Below are positions 28,382 to 37,762 of a stretch of DNA of 64,000 bases, one piece after another; within the stretch, counting starts at the first letter, position 1; every line of letters begins with the position of its first letter. The position numbers were made by a program, and so were the translations under genes. Below the pieces are notes generated by a model. The model saw nothing but the letters and a program-made list of their open reading frames with translations. It was not told the DNA's origin and searched no databases. Location: positions 65,324-129,323 of the forward strand of contig JAUYAV010000019.1 of the NCBI GenBank assembly GCA_030693325.1, read 5' to 3'. This DNA comes from a bacterium. Lineage in GTDB: Bacteria > Patescibacteriota > Minisyncoccia > UBA6257 > MFKM01.

Positions 28382-29644
28382 ATGGAACACTTCATTATTA
28401 AAGGCGGCCGCTCTTTGGCCGGAGAAATAGAAGTCAGCGGTTCTAAAAACGCTTTTTTGCCGATTTTAGCCGCCACTCTTTTAACAACCGAACCCTGCCG
28501 GATAGAAAATATCCCTTTAATCCAAGACGGGGAAAACGCTTTGATTATTCTTCAGGGCTTGGGAGTAAAAATAAATCGCCAGGGCAAAAAAGTTTTGATT
28601 GATTCCTCGGGCTTAAATTCTTTTATGCCGTCCGCGGAAATTGTCAGAAAATTCCGCGGTTCAATTTTACTGGCCGGCGCTTTATTGGGCCGCTTTGGAA
28701 AAGTGGTAATGCCTTATCCCGGCGGCGATATCATCGGTAGCCGGCCGCTTGATGTTCATTTGGAAGCCTTCAGGGCTTTGGGGGCTGAGATTAGCGAGAC
28801 CCAGGAGCATTTTTTGAAAATTGAAGTGCCTAAATTAATCGGGGCAAAAATTACGCTTTCCGAAATCAGCGTCACTGCTACCGAAAACGCCCTTTTAGCC
28901 GGCGTTTTGGCCGAGGGAGAAACCATTATCAAATTAGCCGCCACCGAGCCTCACGTTCAGGATTTGGCGAATTTTTTGAATAAAATGGGCGCTAAAATTG
29001 AAGGCGCGGGCACTAATACGATTCGCATCCGGGGCGTAAAAAAACTTCACGGTGCCGAGCACGCCATTATTCCGGATTCAGACGAAGCGATGGGGTTGGC
29101 GGTTTTAGCCGCCGCCACCCGCAGTGATGTTTTGATAAAAAAAATAGAACCGGAATTTTTAGATTCCGGTTTGCAGAAACTGAAAGCGATGGCGGTCAAT
29201 TTTGAATTGGGCCAAGATTGGCTTCATATAAAAAAACCAATCGGGCTTTATCAATCTTCAAAAATTCAATCCGGTCTTTATCCGAAATTAATGACCGACC
29301 AGATTCCGCCATTGGCGGTTTTAGCCACCCAGGCCTCGGGTGTCAGTTTGATTCACGAATGGATGTATGAAAGCCGTTTGGGTTATGTTAATGAATTGAT
29401 AAAAATGGGGGCGAACGCGGTTCTTTTAGATCCGCATCGGGCTCTGATAATCGGGCCGACTCCTTTGCGCGGTAACGAAATAAAAGCCCTGGATGTGCGC
29501 TCTGGAATGACTATGATTATCGCCGCTTTGGTGGCGGAAGGGGAATCAGTTTTAAACGAGGCGTTCCACATTGATAGGGGTTATGAAAAAATTGAAGAGC
29601 GGCTCCAAAAACTGGGAGCGGATATCGTGAGAAAAACTGCTTAA
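28382..29644 (+). CDS. murA: UDP-N-acetylglucosamine 1-carboxyvinyltransferase
   Basis: Classic MurA N-terminus IKGGRSLAGEIEVSGSKNA. Confidence 0.95.
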   Translation: MEHFIIKGGRSLAGEIEVSGSKNAFLPILAATLLTTEPCRIENIPLIQDGENALIILQGLGVKINRQGKKVLIDSSGLNSFMPSAEIVRKFRGSILLAGALLGRFGKVVMPYPGGDIIGSRPLDVHLEAFRALGAEISETQEHFLKIEVPKLIGAKITLSEISVTATENALLAGVLAEGETIIKLAATEPHVQDLANFLNKMGAKIEGAGTNTIRIRGVKKLHGAEHAIIPDSDEAMGLAVLAAATRSDVLIKKIEPEFLDSGLQKLKAMAVNFELGQDWLHIKKPIGLYQSSKIQSGLYPKLMTDQIPPLAVLATQASGVSLIHEWMYESRLGYVNELIKMGANAVLLDPHRALIIGPTPLRGNEIKALDVRSGMTMIIAALVAEGESVLNEAFHIDRGYEKIEERLQKLGADIVRKTA

Positions 29645-29700
29645 TTTTTTTCCAGCCAAATCTTTCCCTCATTCATGCGCCCCTCAGAGAATAAGAAGGA

Positions 29701-29838
29701 TTTTCGCAATTGCCTTTCAGAACCAGAATAATTTTGCTCCAGCGGCAAAATTTTCTTTGCCCTCGGCGTCCAAACTCCGCTTTGGCGGAGACCAATCTTT
29801 GGACGCCTGCGGGATATTCTTCAAGGCAATTGCGAAAG
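29701..29838. other. Highly structured about 140-nt element in the murA-mreB spacer, with nested inverted repeats. It is a candidate cis-regulatory RNA or MITE-like hairpin.
   Basis: ttttcgcaattgcctt pairs with aaggcaattgcgaaag; ggcgtccaaa pairs with tttggacgcc; ctccgc-tttg-gcggag; ggcaaa-attttc-tttgcc. Confidence 0.4.
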
Positions 29839-29892
29839 TCTTAGCCTCTCACTATTTGACCTCTTGGTTTATTTATTTTATGCTGACTTTAA

Positions 29893-30900
29893 ATGATTAC
29901 TCGCAAACTCGGCATTGATTTAGGAACAACCAATACTTTGGTTTTTGTTCCGGGCAAGGGATTGGTGATTAACGAGCCCACGGTGGTGGCTTTAAGTAAG
30001 CCGTCCAACGCCGTGCTGGCGGTCGGCTTGGAAGCGAAAGAAATGGTAGGCCGGACGCCTGGCGATATCGTCACTTATCGGCCGTTGAAAGACGGCGTGA
30101 TTGCCGAATATTACATCACCAAAACGATGCTGGAATATTTTATTTCCAAAGCCATCGGCCGTTTTAATATTTTCAAACCTGAAGTGGTCATCTCGGTTGC
30201 CGCCGGCATTACTTCAACCGAAAAACGGGCGGTGATGAACGCCGCGCGCGAAGCCGGCGCCAAGGAAGTTTATTTGGTTAAAGAACCTCTTTTAGCCGCG
30301 TTAGGGGCCAATATTCCGATAAATTCTTCTTCAGGAAATATGATTATCAATCTGGGCGGCGGCACAACCGAAACGGCGGTTATCTCTTTGGGCGGCATCG
30401 TGACTTGGGCCAGCCGCCGGGTGGCGGGCAATCATTTTGACCAGGCCATTATGGATTACATTAAAAAGAAATATGCTTTAGCCATCGGAGAATCCACCGC
30501 GGAAACCATTAAAATTGAAATCGGATCCGCCCTGACCAACCCCGTTAAATTGACTATGCAAATCCGGGGCCGCGATCTGATTACCGGTTTGCCCAAAGAT
30601 TTAACTATTAATTCCAACGAAATCGTTGAAGCTATCAACCCCCATCTTGATGATATTGTTGATTCAGTGCAGGCAGTTTTCAATGAGACACCCCCGGAAT
30701 TGGTGGCTGATATTATGGAAAAAGGGATTATTGTTTCCGGCGGAACGGCTCAGCTCCGGAATATTGATGAATTTTTCCGAAGAAACCTGGGAGTAGCCAC
30801 GTATATTGCCGAAGATCCTTTTTATTGCGTGGCTAAGGGAACGTCAGTAATTTTAGAGCATCTGGATATTTATAAAAGAACACTGCTTTCTAAACTTTAA
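29893..30900 (+). CDS. mreB: Rod shape-determining protein MreB (copy 1)
   Basis: GIDLGTTNTLVFV actin-fold N-terminus. Confidence 0.9.
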   Translation: MITRKLGIDLGTTNTLVFVPGKGLVINEPTVVALSKPSNAVLAVGLEAKEMVGRTPGDIVTYRPLKDGVIAEYYITKTMLEYFISKAIGRFNIFKPEVVISVAAGITSTEKRAVMNAAREAGAKEVYLVKEPLLAALGANIPINSSSGNMIINLGGGTTETAVISLGGIVTWASRRVAGNHFDQAIMDYIKKKYALAIGESTAETIKIEIGSALTNPVKLTMQIRGRDLITGLPKDLTINSNEIVEAINPHLDDIVDSVQAVFNETPPELVADIMEKGIIVSGGTAQLRNIDEFFRRNLGVATYIAEDPFYCVAKGTSVILEHLDIYKRTLLSKL

Positions 30901-31676
30901 TGCTGTACGGCCTGGAAGACAAAATTGAATTATTTAAAAGATTAATCAAAGAGAATAATTTACGGCAGTCCTATTTATTTTTTGGCGAACCGCAAATCGG
31001 CAAGTTCACTTTCGCCGGCGCTTTGGTAAATTTTTTGGAAAATGGCGAATTTGTTTCGCCGACTGGCGCCCGCCCGCTGATTGACGCTAAATTTTTTACG
31101 CCTGACGAATCCGGTTCCATCGGCATTGACGCTGTCCGGGAATTAAAAAAATTTCTTTATCAGCGGCCGGTTGTTTCTGCCTACCGGAGCGCGGTTTTTG
31201 ATTCGGCTGAATCTTTAACTCCCGAAGCCCAGAACGCTTTATTGAAAATTATTGAAGAGCCGCCTCAATCTTCTTTGATTATTTTTATCGCCGCCGAGAC
31301 CTCGGCTTTTCCTCCGACCCTGGCCTCAAGGTTCGTCAAAGTTTATTTTCCGCGGCTTAAACAAAAATCAATTGAAAAATATTTGAAAGAAAAATTAAAG
31401 ATTGATGCAAGCCGGGCGGCTTTGACAGCCGGGCAATCTTTCGGCAGAATTGGGAGAGCAATTCAATCGCTTCAAACACCATCTTCAAAAACTGATTCCG
31501 AACCGGAATCCCTTTCAAAATATCTTGAAAAATTAATTTTGTCCTTGCGCAAAAATATTTTGAAAAATTCATCAAAATTAAACTGGCTTTTAGAAAGAGA
31601 AGAATTGGTGAAGAGATATAATTTGAATCCAAAATTGCAATATAAAGCTATTCAACAGATAATAAATCATGAATAA
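30900..31676 (+). CDS. holB: DNA polymerase III subunit delta'-like
   Basis: Degenerate AAA+ P-loop GEPQIGKF; LLKIIEEPP box. Confidence 0.65.
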   Translation: MLYGLEDKIELFKRLIKENNLRQSYLFFGEPQIGKFTFAGALVNFLENGEFVSPTGARPLIDAKFFTPDESGSIGIDAVRELKKFLYQRPVVSAYRSAVFDSAESLTPEAQNALLKIIEEPPQSSLIIFIAAETSAFPPTLASRFVKVYFPRLKQKSIEKYLKEKLKIDASRAALTAGQSFGRIGRAIQSLQTPSSKTDSEPESLSKYLEKLILSLRKNILKNSSKLNWLLEREELVKRYNLNPKLQYKAIQQIINHE

Positions 31677-32625
31677 AGCATTCCCTGTAATAATTTGCGT
31701 AGCGACTCTTGGAATTGTCTTATACACATTGCCACAATTCACGGCTTTTTTCGGTTTTGATTCTCTTATTCAAACCAAGCTTTCGCCGATAGTTTTTGTT
31801 TCCAATGATAACGGGAAAAATTTTAATCAAACTTATTGGGCTGGAAATTTTACTCCGACGGTTTATGATTTTGAAACCGACGGGCAAAATTTTTCTTTCG
31901 CTTATGCCGCCACCGACCAGGGGCTTTTTATGAGTCGCGACGAGGGCAATCATTGGTATTCCTATTCTGATTTGGAGGGTCAATTAACCAAAGCCGCGGT
32001 CTATCAGATACAGCAAGCCGTTGCCAAACCAGACCGGTTTTTTATTTCTCTTTTCAAAAACGGCCAAGGGGGAATTTATCAAACCGACGACCGTTTCTTC
32101 ACTCTGAAAAAAATTTTTGACACCAAAGAAGCGGTGGCTTATAAATTAACTTCTTCCGGCGACAATCTTTATTTCGGGCTTTCCGATGGCAGAGTAATCA
32201 GCTATTCCTTAAATGATTCAGGATTCAGATTATTGGCCGCTTTAGGGTCGCCGATTACCGATGTGGTTGTAAATGGCTCCACTACAATTTATGCGGCCAC
32301 CAGAGCTAAAGAAATTTGGAAAGGCAGTGTTTCGGGAAACGATTTCGCCCTTTTGCGCGAACAACAACCAAGCCAGTCGGCTTATACCGCTTCTTTGCTT
32401 GGAGCTAATTTAACGACCGTTGTCGCCAAAAATCCCATCAAAACCATTTTGCCGGACAGTCAAGGTAATATTTATTTAGCCGCGGCTGACAAGCTTTATA
32501 AGAGCGTCAATTCCGGCAAGAACTGGCAGCTGATTTTAGACGTGCCCAACCGTCAGATTTCTTCTCTTAACCTGGGAAGTAATGGCCGGATTATAGTAGG
32601 CACCGGAGACGGAAATAGTTTATAA
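31669..32625 (+). CDS. Exported BNR/Asp-box repeat (Ycf48-like beta-propeller) protein
   Basis: Signal peptide; Asp-box-like SRDEGNHW and SVNSGKNW. Confidence 0.45.
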   Translation: MNKAFPVIICVATLGIVLYTLPQFTAFFGFDSLIQTKLSPIVFVSNDNGKNFNQTYWAGNFTPTVYDFETDGQNFSFAYAATDQGLFMSRDEGNHWYSYSDLEGQLTKAAVYQIQQAVAKPDRFFISLFKNGQGGIYQTDDRFFTLKKIFDTKEAVAYKLTSSGDNLYFGLSDGRVISYSLNDSGFRLLAALGSPITDVVVNGSTTIYAATRAKEIWKGSVSGNDFALLREQQPSQSAYTASLLGANLTTVVAKNPIKTILPDSQGNIYLAAADKLYKSVNSGKNWQLILDVPNRQISSLNLGSNGRIIVGTGDGNSL

Positions 32626-32633
32626 TAAATGTA

Positions 32634-33182
32634 ATGATAGGAATTCTGGAAAAATTTAAAAAAGGAACAGTTTTATTAATTGAAAATTTCAAAAAAGAAA
32701 TAATCGTTGTCCGGGGCAACCGGCCCAGCCCGGCCTTGGTGGAAAATTTGAAAGTTGATTATTTCGGCCAATCTCTTTTAATTAAGCAATTGGGCTCTAT
32801 CAGTATCATTCCGCCGCGGGAAATTGACATTAATGTCTGGGATAAAAACGCCATTCCCGGCGTTGTTAAGGCCGTTGAAAATTCGGGTTTATCGGCTAAT
32901 TACACAGACAAGCTCATCAGAATCAATTTGCCGCCTTTGAATGAAGAACGGCGCCAGGAATTGGTAAAAGCCGTTAAAAAAATCGGAGAAACTTTCAAAA
33001 TTCAGTTGAGAAATAATCGCGATGAAGTCAATAAAGAAATTGGGCGTTCATTTGACGCTAAAGAATTAAATGAAGACCAGAAATTCAAACTCAAAGAAGA
33101 AATTCAGAAAAACGTTGACTCGGTCAATCAGGAAATAGAAAATATTTTGGATAAAAAAATTAAAGAACTGGAGGAGGTTTAA
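32634..33182 (+). CDS. frr: Ribosome recycling factor
   Basis: RRF family sequence. Confidence 0.85.
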   Translation: MIGILEKFKKGTVLLIENFKKEIIVVRGNRPSPALVENLKVDYFGQSLLIKQLGSISIIPPREIDINVWDKNAIPGVVKAVENSGLSANYTDKLIRINLPPLNEERRQELVKAVKKIGETFKIQLRNNRDEVNKEIGRSFDAKELNEDQKFKLKEEIQKNVDSVNQEIENILDKKIKELEEV

Positions 33183-33222
33183 TTACGGTAATTACAGTAA
33201 TTGCTGTAATTGAGTAATTAGC
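33180..33222. repeat. GTAATTAC tandem array, copy B
   Basis: taattacggtaattacagtaattgctgtaattgagtaattag. Confidence 0.85.
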
Positions 33223-33257
33223 CAATTGAAATTTAGGCAATAAATTAATAAATAACC

Positions 33258-34271
33258 ATGACTATCATCTTATCTATATTTTTTCTTTCAATAATTTTAT
33301 TTTCCCACGAGCTGGGGCATTTTTTACTGGCTAAAATCTGTAAAGTGCCGGTGGAGGAATTCGGGTTTGGTTTTCCGCCGAGAATTTTTGCTAAAAAAAT
33401 CGGCGAAACCGAATATAGTTTAAATTGGCTGCCCTTTGGCGGTTTTAATAAAATTAATGGAGAAAGTTTTGAGAGCCAGCCCGCCGGTCGCCGCGTGCTG
33501 ATTTTAATCGGTGGTATCTTGGTCAATATTATTTTGGGCTGGGTGTTTTTTGTTTTTGTTTTCATGATTGGCAGTAAACCCTTAGTGTTGATTGCTGACA
33601 TCGCTTCCGATTCGCCAGCGGCTTCAGCCGGGATTCAACAAAACGATGAAGTTCTCTCTATAATTTATCAAAATGAAACCTTAAACGCTCCTTTTTCCAG
33701 CCAGCAGTTTATTGATTTTGTCAGTCCCTATAAGGGAGAAATTTTTACCTTAAAAATAAATCGCGAAGGAAAAAATATGGATATTTTAGTGGGTAGCCGT
33801 AAAAATCCGCCGGCCGGCGAAGGGTCAATAGGCGTGACTCTTGTTGACGCCGGTACGCCGGCGCTGCCTTTTGTTAAAAGTTTATGGGAAGCGGCCAAAT
33901 ACACCGGCCAGGTCATCGGGTTGAGTTTCTATAGTTTATATTGGCTAGTTAGCAAGATTTTCACAAAACCGGAACTTCTTGACGCTTTAATTGGTCCGGT
34001 GGGTGCCGTGGCTTTGGCGGCCCAAATGGGCAAAATCGGGTTTGGTTATCTTTTGCAGATTATGGCTTTTCTGTCTTTGGGCTTTGCAGTATTCAATATT
34101 CTTCCTTTTCCGGGCTTGGACGGCGGCCATTTGCTTTTTGTCTTGATTGAAAAATTCAAAGGTTCGCCGATTCCGGCTCGGATAAGAAATTCAATTAATA
34201 CTTTTGGTTTTGGCTTTCTTTTGCTTTTGATGGTTTTTATAATGTTCAAGGATATAAAGGGGTTGTTCTAA
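33258..34271 (+). CDS. rseP: Site-2 protease, M50 zinc metalloprotease RseP-like (with PDZ)
   Basis: HELGHFLLAK plus a PDZ-like segment. Confidence 0.8.
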   Translation: MTIILSIFFLSIILFSHELGHFLLAKICKVPVEEFGFGFPPRIFAKKIGETEYSLNWLPFGGFNKINGESFESQPAGRRVLILIGGILVNIILGWVFFVFVFMIGSKPLVLIADIASDSPAASAGIQQNDEVLSIIYQNETLNAPFSSQQFIDFVSPYKGEIFTLKINREGKNMDILVGSRKNPPAGEGSIGVTLVDAGTPALPFVKSLWEAAKYTGQVIGLSFYSLYWLVSKIFTKPELLDALIGPVGAVALAAQMGKIGFGYLLQIMAFLSLGFAVFNILPFPGLDGGHLLFVLIEKFKGSPIPARIRNSINTFGFGFLLLLMVFIMFKDIKGLF

Positions 34272-34298
34272 TTTTTTTGTCATTCTAAGGTATTCTAA

Positions 34299-34321
34299 AA
34301 TCGCCAAGCAGGCGATTTTTT
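34299..34321 (+). terminator. Weak terminator hairpin (aatcgcc/ggcgatt then T6)
   Basis: 7-bp stem, T run. Confidence 0.4.
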
Positions 34322-34364
34322 GGTAGAATACAAAAAGTAGGAAATCTTATATAATAAAATTTAT

Positions 34365-35618
34365 ATGTATCAATCAAAATTATTTTTTAAAACCCAAAAA
34401 GAATATCCCAAAGATGAAACTAGCTTGAACGCTCGGCTTTTAATCCGGGCGAATTTTGTTGATAAATTAATGGCCGGTGTTTACACTTTTTTGCCTTTGG
34501 GCTGGCGGGTAATGAAAAAAATTGAAAACATCATTCGCGAGGAAATAAACGCCATCGGCGGCCAGGAACTTTTTATGCCGTCTTTGCAACCCAAAGAAAA
34601 CTGGATGACGACCGGACGCTGGGAAACAATGGATGATTTGTACAAGGTTAAAGATAAAAGCGAACGGGAATTCGCGCTGGGGCCCACTCATGAAGAAATA
34701 ATTTCGCCGCTCGTTAAAAAATTCATTAATTCCTATAAAGACCTGCCGATTTATCTTTATCAGTTTCAAAATAAATTTAGAATGGAATTGCGCGCTAAAT
34801 CCGGCTTGATTCGCGGCCGGGAATTTCTTATGAAAGACCTTTATTCTTTTCATTTATCCCAGGAAGATCTTGACGATTATTATCAAAAGGCGGCCGAGGC
34901 CTATAAAAAAATTTTTAAACGGGTTGGAATCGGCGACAAAACTTTTATAACCGTTGCTTCCGGCGGCAGTTTTTCCAAATATTCCCACGAATTTCAGACA
35001 ATCAGCCCGGCCGGCGAAGACGAAATTTATATTTGCGATAAATGCGATTTAGCCGTAAATAAAGAAATAAAAACCGAAAATGAAAAATGCCAGGGTTGCG
35101 GAGGAAAAGATTTTCGCCAGGAAAAAGCGATAGAAGTCGGCAATATATTTAAACTGGGAACAAAATACAGCGCTCCGTTTATTTTGTCCGTTAAAGACGA
35201 AAAAGGGGAGAATAAAACAGTAATTATGGGCTGTTATGGTATTGGTTTGTCGCGCTTGATGGGAACTATTGTTGAAGCCCATAATGACGAGAAAGGCATT
35301 ATCTGGCCCGAAGAAATCGCTCCGTTTGACGTTCATCTTTTGGAAATCGGCGAGGCCAAAAAACCTCTCCGGGCGTTCGCGGAAAAAATTTATCAGGGTT
35401 TGGAAAAAGCCGGGTTTGAAGTATTATATGATGACCGCGAGGGAGTTTCGGCCGGCGAAAAATTCACCGATGCCGACCTTATCGGCATTCCATGGCGTTT
35501 GGTAGTCAGCGAAAAAACTTTGGCCAATGACAAAGTGGAAATTAAAATGAGAGATAAAAAGGAAGTTGAAATTTTGACTTTAGAGCAAATTATTAAGAAA
35601 ATAAATAAAGATAAATAA
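34365..35618 (+). CDS. proS: Prolyl-tRNA synthetase (short form without editing insertion)
   Basis: Class II motifs; LGPTHEE; 417 aa. Confidence 0.85.
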   Translation: MYQSKLFFKTQKEYPKDETSLNARLLIRANFVDKLMAGVYTFLPLGWRVMKKIENIIREEINAIGGQELFMPSLQPKENWMTTGRWETMDDLYKVKDKSEREFALGPTHEEIISPLVKKFINSYKDLPIYLYQFQNKFRMELRAKSGLIRGREFLMKDLYSFHLSQEDLDDYYQKAAEAYKKIFKRVGIGDKTFITVASGGSFSKYSHEFQTISPAGEDEIYICDKCDLAVNKEIKTENEKCQGCGGKDFRQEKAIEVGNIFKLGTKYSAPFILSVKDEKGENKTVIMGCYGIGLSRLMGTIVEAHNDEKGIIWPEEIAPFDVHLLEIGEAKKPLRAFAEKIYQGLEKAGFEVLYDDREGVSAGEKFTDADLIGIPWRLVVSEKTLANDKVEIKMRDKKEVEILTLEQIIKKINKDK

Positions 35619-36619
35619 TGTTAAGAATTTTTCAAAAAAATATTGGCATTGATTTGGGCACGGCAAACACCAGAGTTTACCTGGCCAATAAAGGTATCGT
35701 TTTAAACGAGCCGTCAATTGTCGCTTTCAATAATCGGACCAATCGGGTGATTGCCGTCGGCGAGTCGGCTCGGAAAATGTTCAGCCGGACGCCCGTCCAT
35801 ATCAGCGCCGTCAAACCGTTGGTTAACAGCGTCATTTCCGATTTTGACATTACCCAGGAAATGATCCGCCAGTTTTTGAAAAACATGCCTTGGTCTTTAG
35901 CCACCCGGATTATCGCCAGTATCCCCACTAATTTGACGGAAGTGGAGCAAAAATCCGTGGAGGATATTTTCAAAAATGCCGGAGCCAGCAGCGTCTTTTT
36001 AGTGCCCCAGCCGGTGGCGGCGGCGTTGGGTTCCCGTTTGGAAATCAACGAACCCACCGCCCGTTTGATAGTGGATATCGGCGCGGGCGTGACCGGCGTG
36101 GCTATTCTTTCAATGAATGGCTTGGTGGTTTCCGAGCGTCTGAAAGTGGCCGGCGATCAGTTTAACGAGGAAATCATAAAATTCGTTCGTGATGAATTTA
36201 AGTTGATTATCGGAGAACCCACCGCCGAAGAAATAAAACTTGGCGTAGGTTCGGCTATGCCCCAGTCGGAAAAACTGGAAGTGGTGGCGCGAGGTCGGGA
36301 TATTTCAAGCGGCTTGCCTAAAGAAATCGTGGTGAAGGACACCCAGATCAGAGCCGCCCTTAATCGTTCTTTGCGGACAATAGCGGAAACAGTCAAAAAA
36401 GTGATCGAATCGGCGCCGGCGGAATTGGTGGGGGATATTTATAAAAACGGCATTTATCTTTGCGGCGGCGGCAGTCTATTAAGAGGAATTGATGAATTTT
36501 TCCGGAAGGAAATCGCGGTTAATGTCCAAATAGTGGACGATCCTCTGAATTGTTTGGTTCGTGGCACTGGCTTGATCGCGGAAAATTTTGAAAAGTATCA
36601 GGACTTGTTGCTCTCATAA
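35618..36619 (+). CDS. mreB: Rod shape-determining protein MreB (copy 2, in the mreBCD-PBP2 operon)
   Basis: IGIDLGTANTRVY. Confidence 0.9.
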   Translation: MLRIFQKNIGIDLGTANTRVYLANKGIVLNEPSIVAFNNRTNRVIAVGESARKMFSRTPVHISAVKPLVNSVISDFDITQEMIRQFLKNMPWSLATRIIASIPTNLTEVEQKSVEDIFKNAGASSVFLVPQPVAAALGSRLEINEPTARLIVDIGAGVTGVAILSMNGLVVSERLKVAGDQFNEEIIKFVRDEFKLIIGEPTAEEIKLGVGSAMPQSEKLEVVARGRDISSGLPKEIVVKDTQIRAALNRSLRTIAETVKKVIESAPAELVGDIYKNGIYLCGGGSLLRGIDEFFRKEIAVNVQIVDDPLNCLVRGTGLIAENFEKYQDLLLS

Positions 36620-37284
36620 TGACCAAAAAATATATTATATTTTTTTTGCTTTTAGCAGTTTTATTTTTGTTTTTTTTCTATCAAAAAAACATTTTTTTCG
36701 GCTTGGATAAAATAAATCTTTCAAGTCAGATTTTGACCGATTTGCGGTTGGAAAATCAGGGCTTGCGGCAGGAAGTTAATGATTTAAAAAATAAATTAAA
36801 TCTAAAATCCCAGCCGTATCTTACGGCCCAGGTTTATTTGCGCTACCCTTTTGACGACAATCAGACGTTGATTGTTGATGTTGGCTCTAAAGATGGAGTC
36901 AAGGTCGGTTGGCCGGTTTTAACGGTGGAAAATTATTTTTTGGGGAAAATTATAAATGTGAAAGCTGATGTCAGTGAGGTTCGGACAATTTTTTCGCCCG
37001 ATTGGAAAAGCGAGGTTAAGATTGGAGAGATGAGAGTTGAAGCGGTTTTAGTCGGCGGCCGCCAGCCGATTCTGCAGCTCATTCCGGCCGATTCCAAAAT
37101 AAATCTCGGCGATGCAGTCACCAGCGCTTCTCCTGATTTGCCTTTGGGTCTTTTCGTGGGCAAGGTATCGGAAATAACCCCTCGACCCGCCGCTTCTTTA
37201 CAACAGGCGAAATTAATAACCGATTACGACCCGAATAAACTGGGAAAGGTTTTAATCATATCCGGTTATGAAGGAATCAACTAA
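36619..37284 (+). CDS. mreC: Rod shape-determining protein MreC
   Basis: TM segment, coiled coil and beta domain; operon position. Confidence 0.7.
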   Translation: MTKKYIIFFLLLAVLFLFFFYQKNIFFGLDKINLSSQILTDLRLENQGLRQEVNDLKNKLNLKSQPYLTAQVYLRYPFDDNQTLIVDVGSKDGVKVGWPVLTVENYFLGKIINVKADVSEVRTIFSPDWKSEVKIGEMRVEAVLVGGRQPILQLIPADSKINLGDAVTSASPDLPLGLFVGKVSEITPRPAASLQQAKLITDYDPNKLGKVLIISGYEGIN

Positions 37285-37762
37285 CACGCTTAGCGTCCTT
37301 AAAATATTATCTTGGGCTTTTTTTATTATCTTGGCTTTCGTCTTCCAAGCCAGTCATTTTCTCGCCGTCAGAGGGATTAATCCCAATTTGATTCTTCTGA
37401 TTATTATCTTGGGCGTAATTTTGGAAAGGAAATTTTTAGGATTTTTATTTTTTATTTTTACAGTTATTTTACTGTCGTTTGTTTTTTTGCCTTTCTGGCC
37501 GAAAGGAATTTTTATTGCGGCGGGTTTGGGCTTAGCGGCTTTTCTGCTCAAAAAATTCCTGACCGGAAATGTGTTTTTTGATTCCTTGATTCTGATTTTT
37601 TCGGGAACTTTAGGATTTTATTTGATAATAAATTTCCATTATCTGATTTCTAATCCGATAGCCATTATCGCGGAGCTGTTTTATAATATGACCCTGGGAA
37701 TTTCAGCGATTTTTTTAATTACAAACTTTTTTTATGAAAAAGAAAACCGAATTAAATCTTGA
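37268..37762 (+). CDS. mreD: Rod shape-determining protein MreD
   Basis: Polytopic small membrane protein in mreBCD context. Confidence 0.6.
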   Translation: MKESTNTLSVLKILSWAFFIILAFVFQASHFLAVRGINPNLILLIIILGVILERKFLGFLFFIFTVILLSFVFLPFWPKGIFIAAGLGLAAFLLKKFLTGNVFFDSLILIFSGTLGFYLIINFHYLISNPIAIIAELFYNMTLGISAIFLITNFFYEKENRIKS

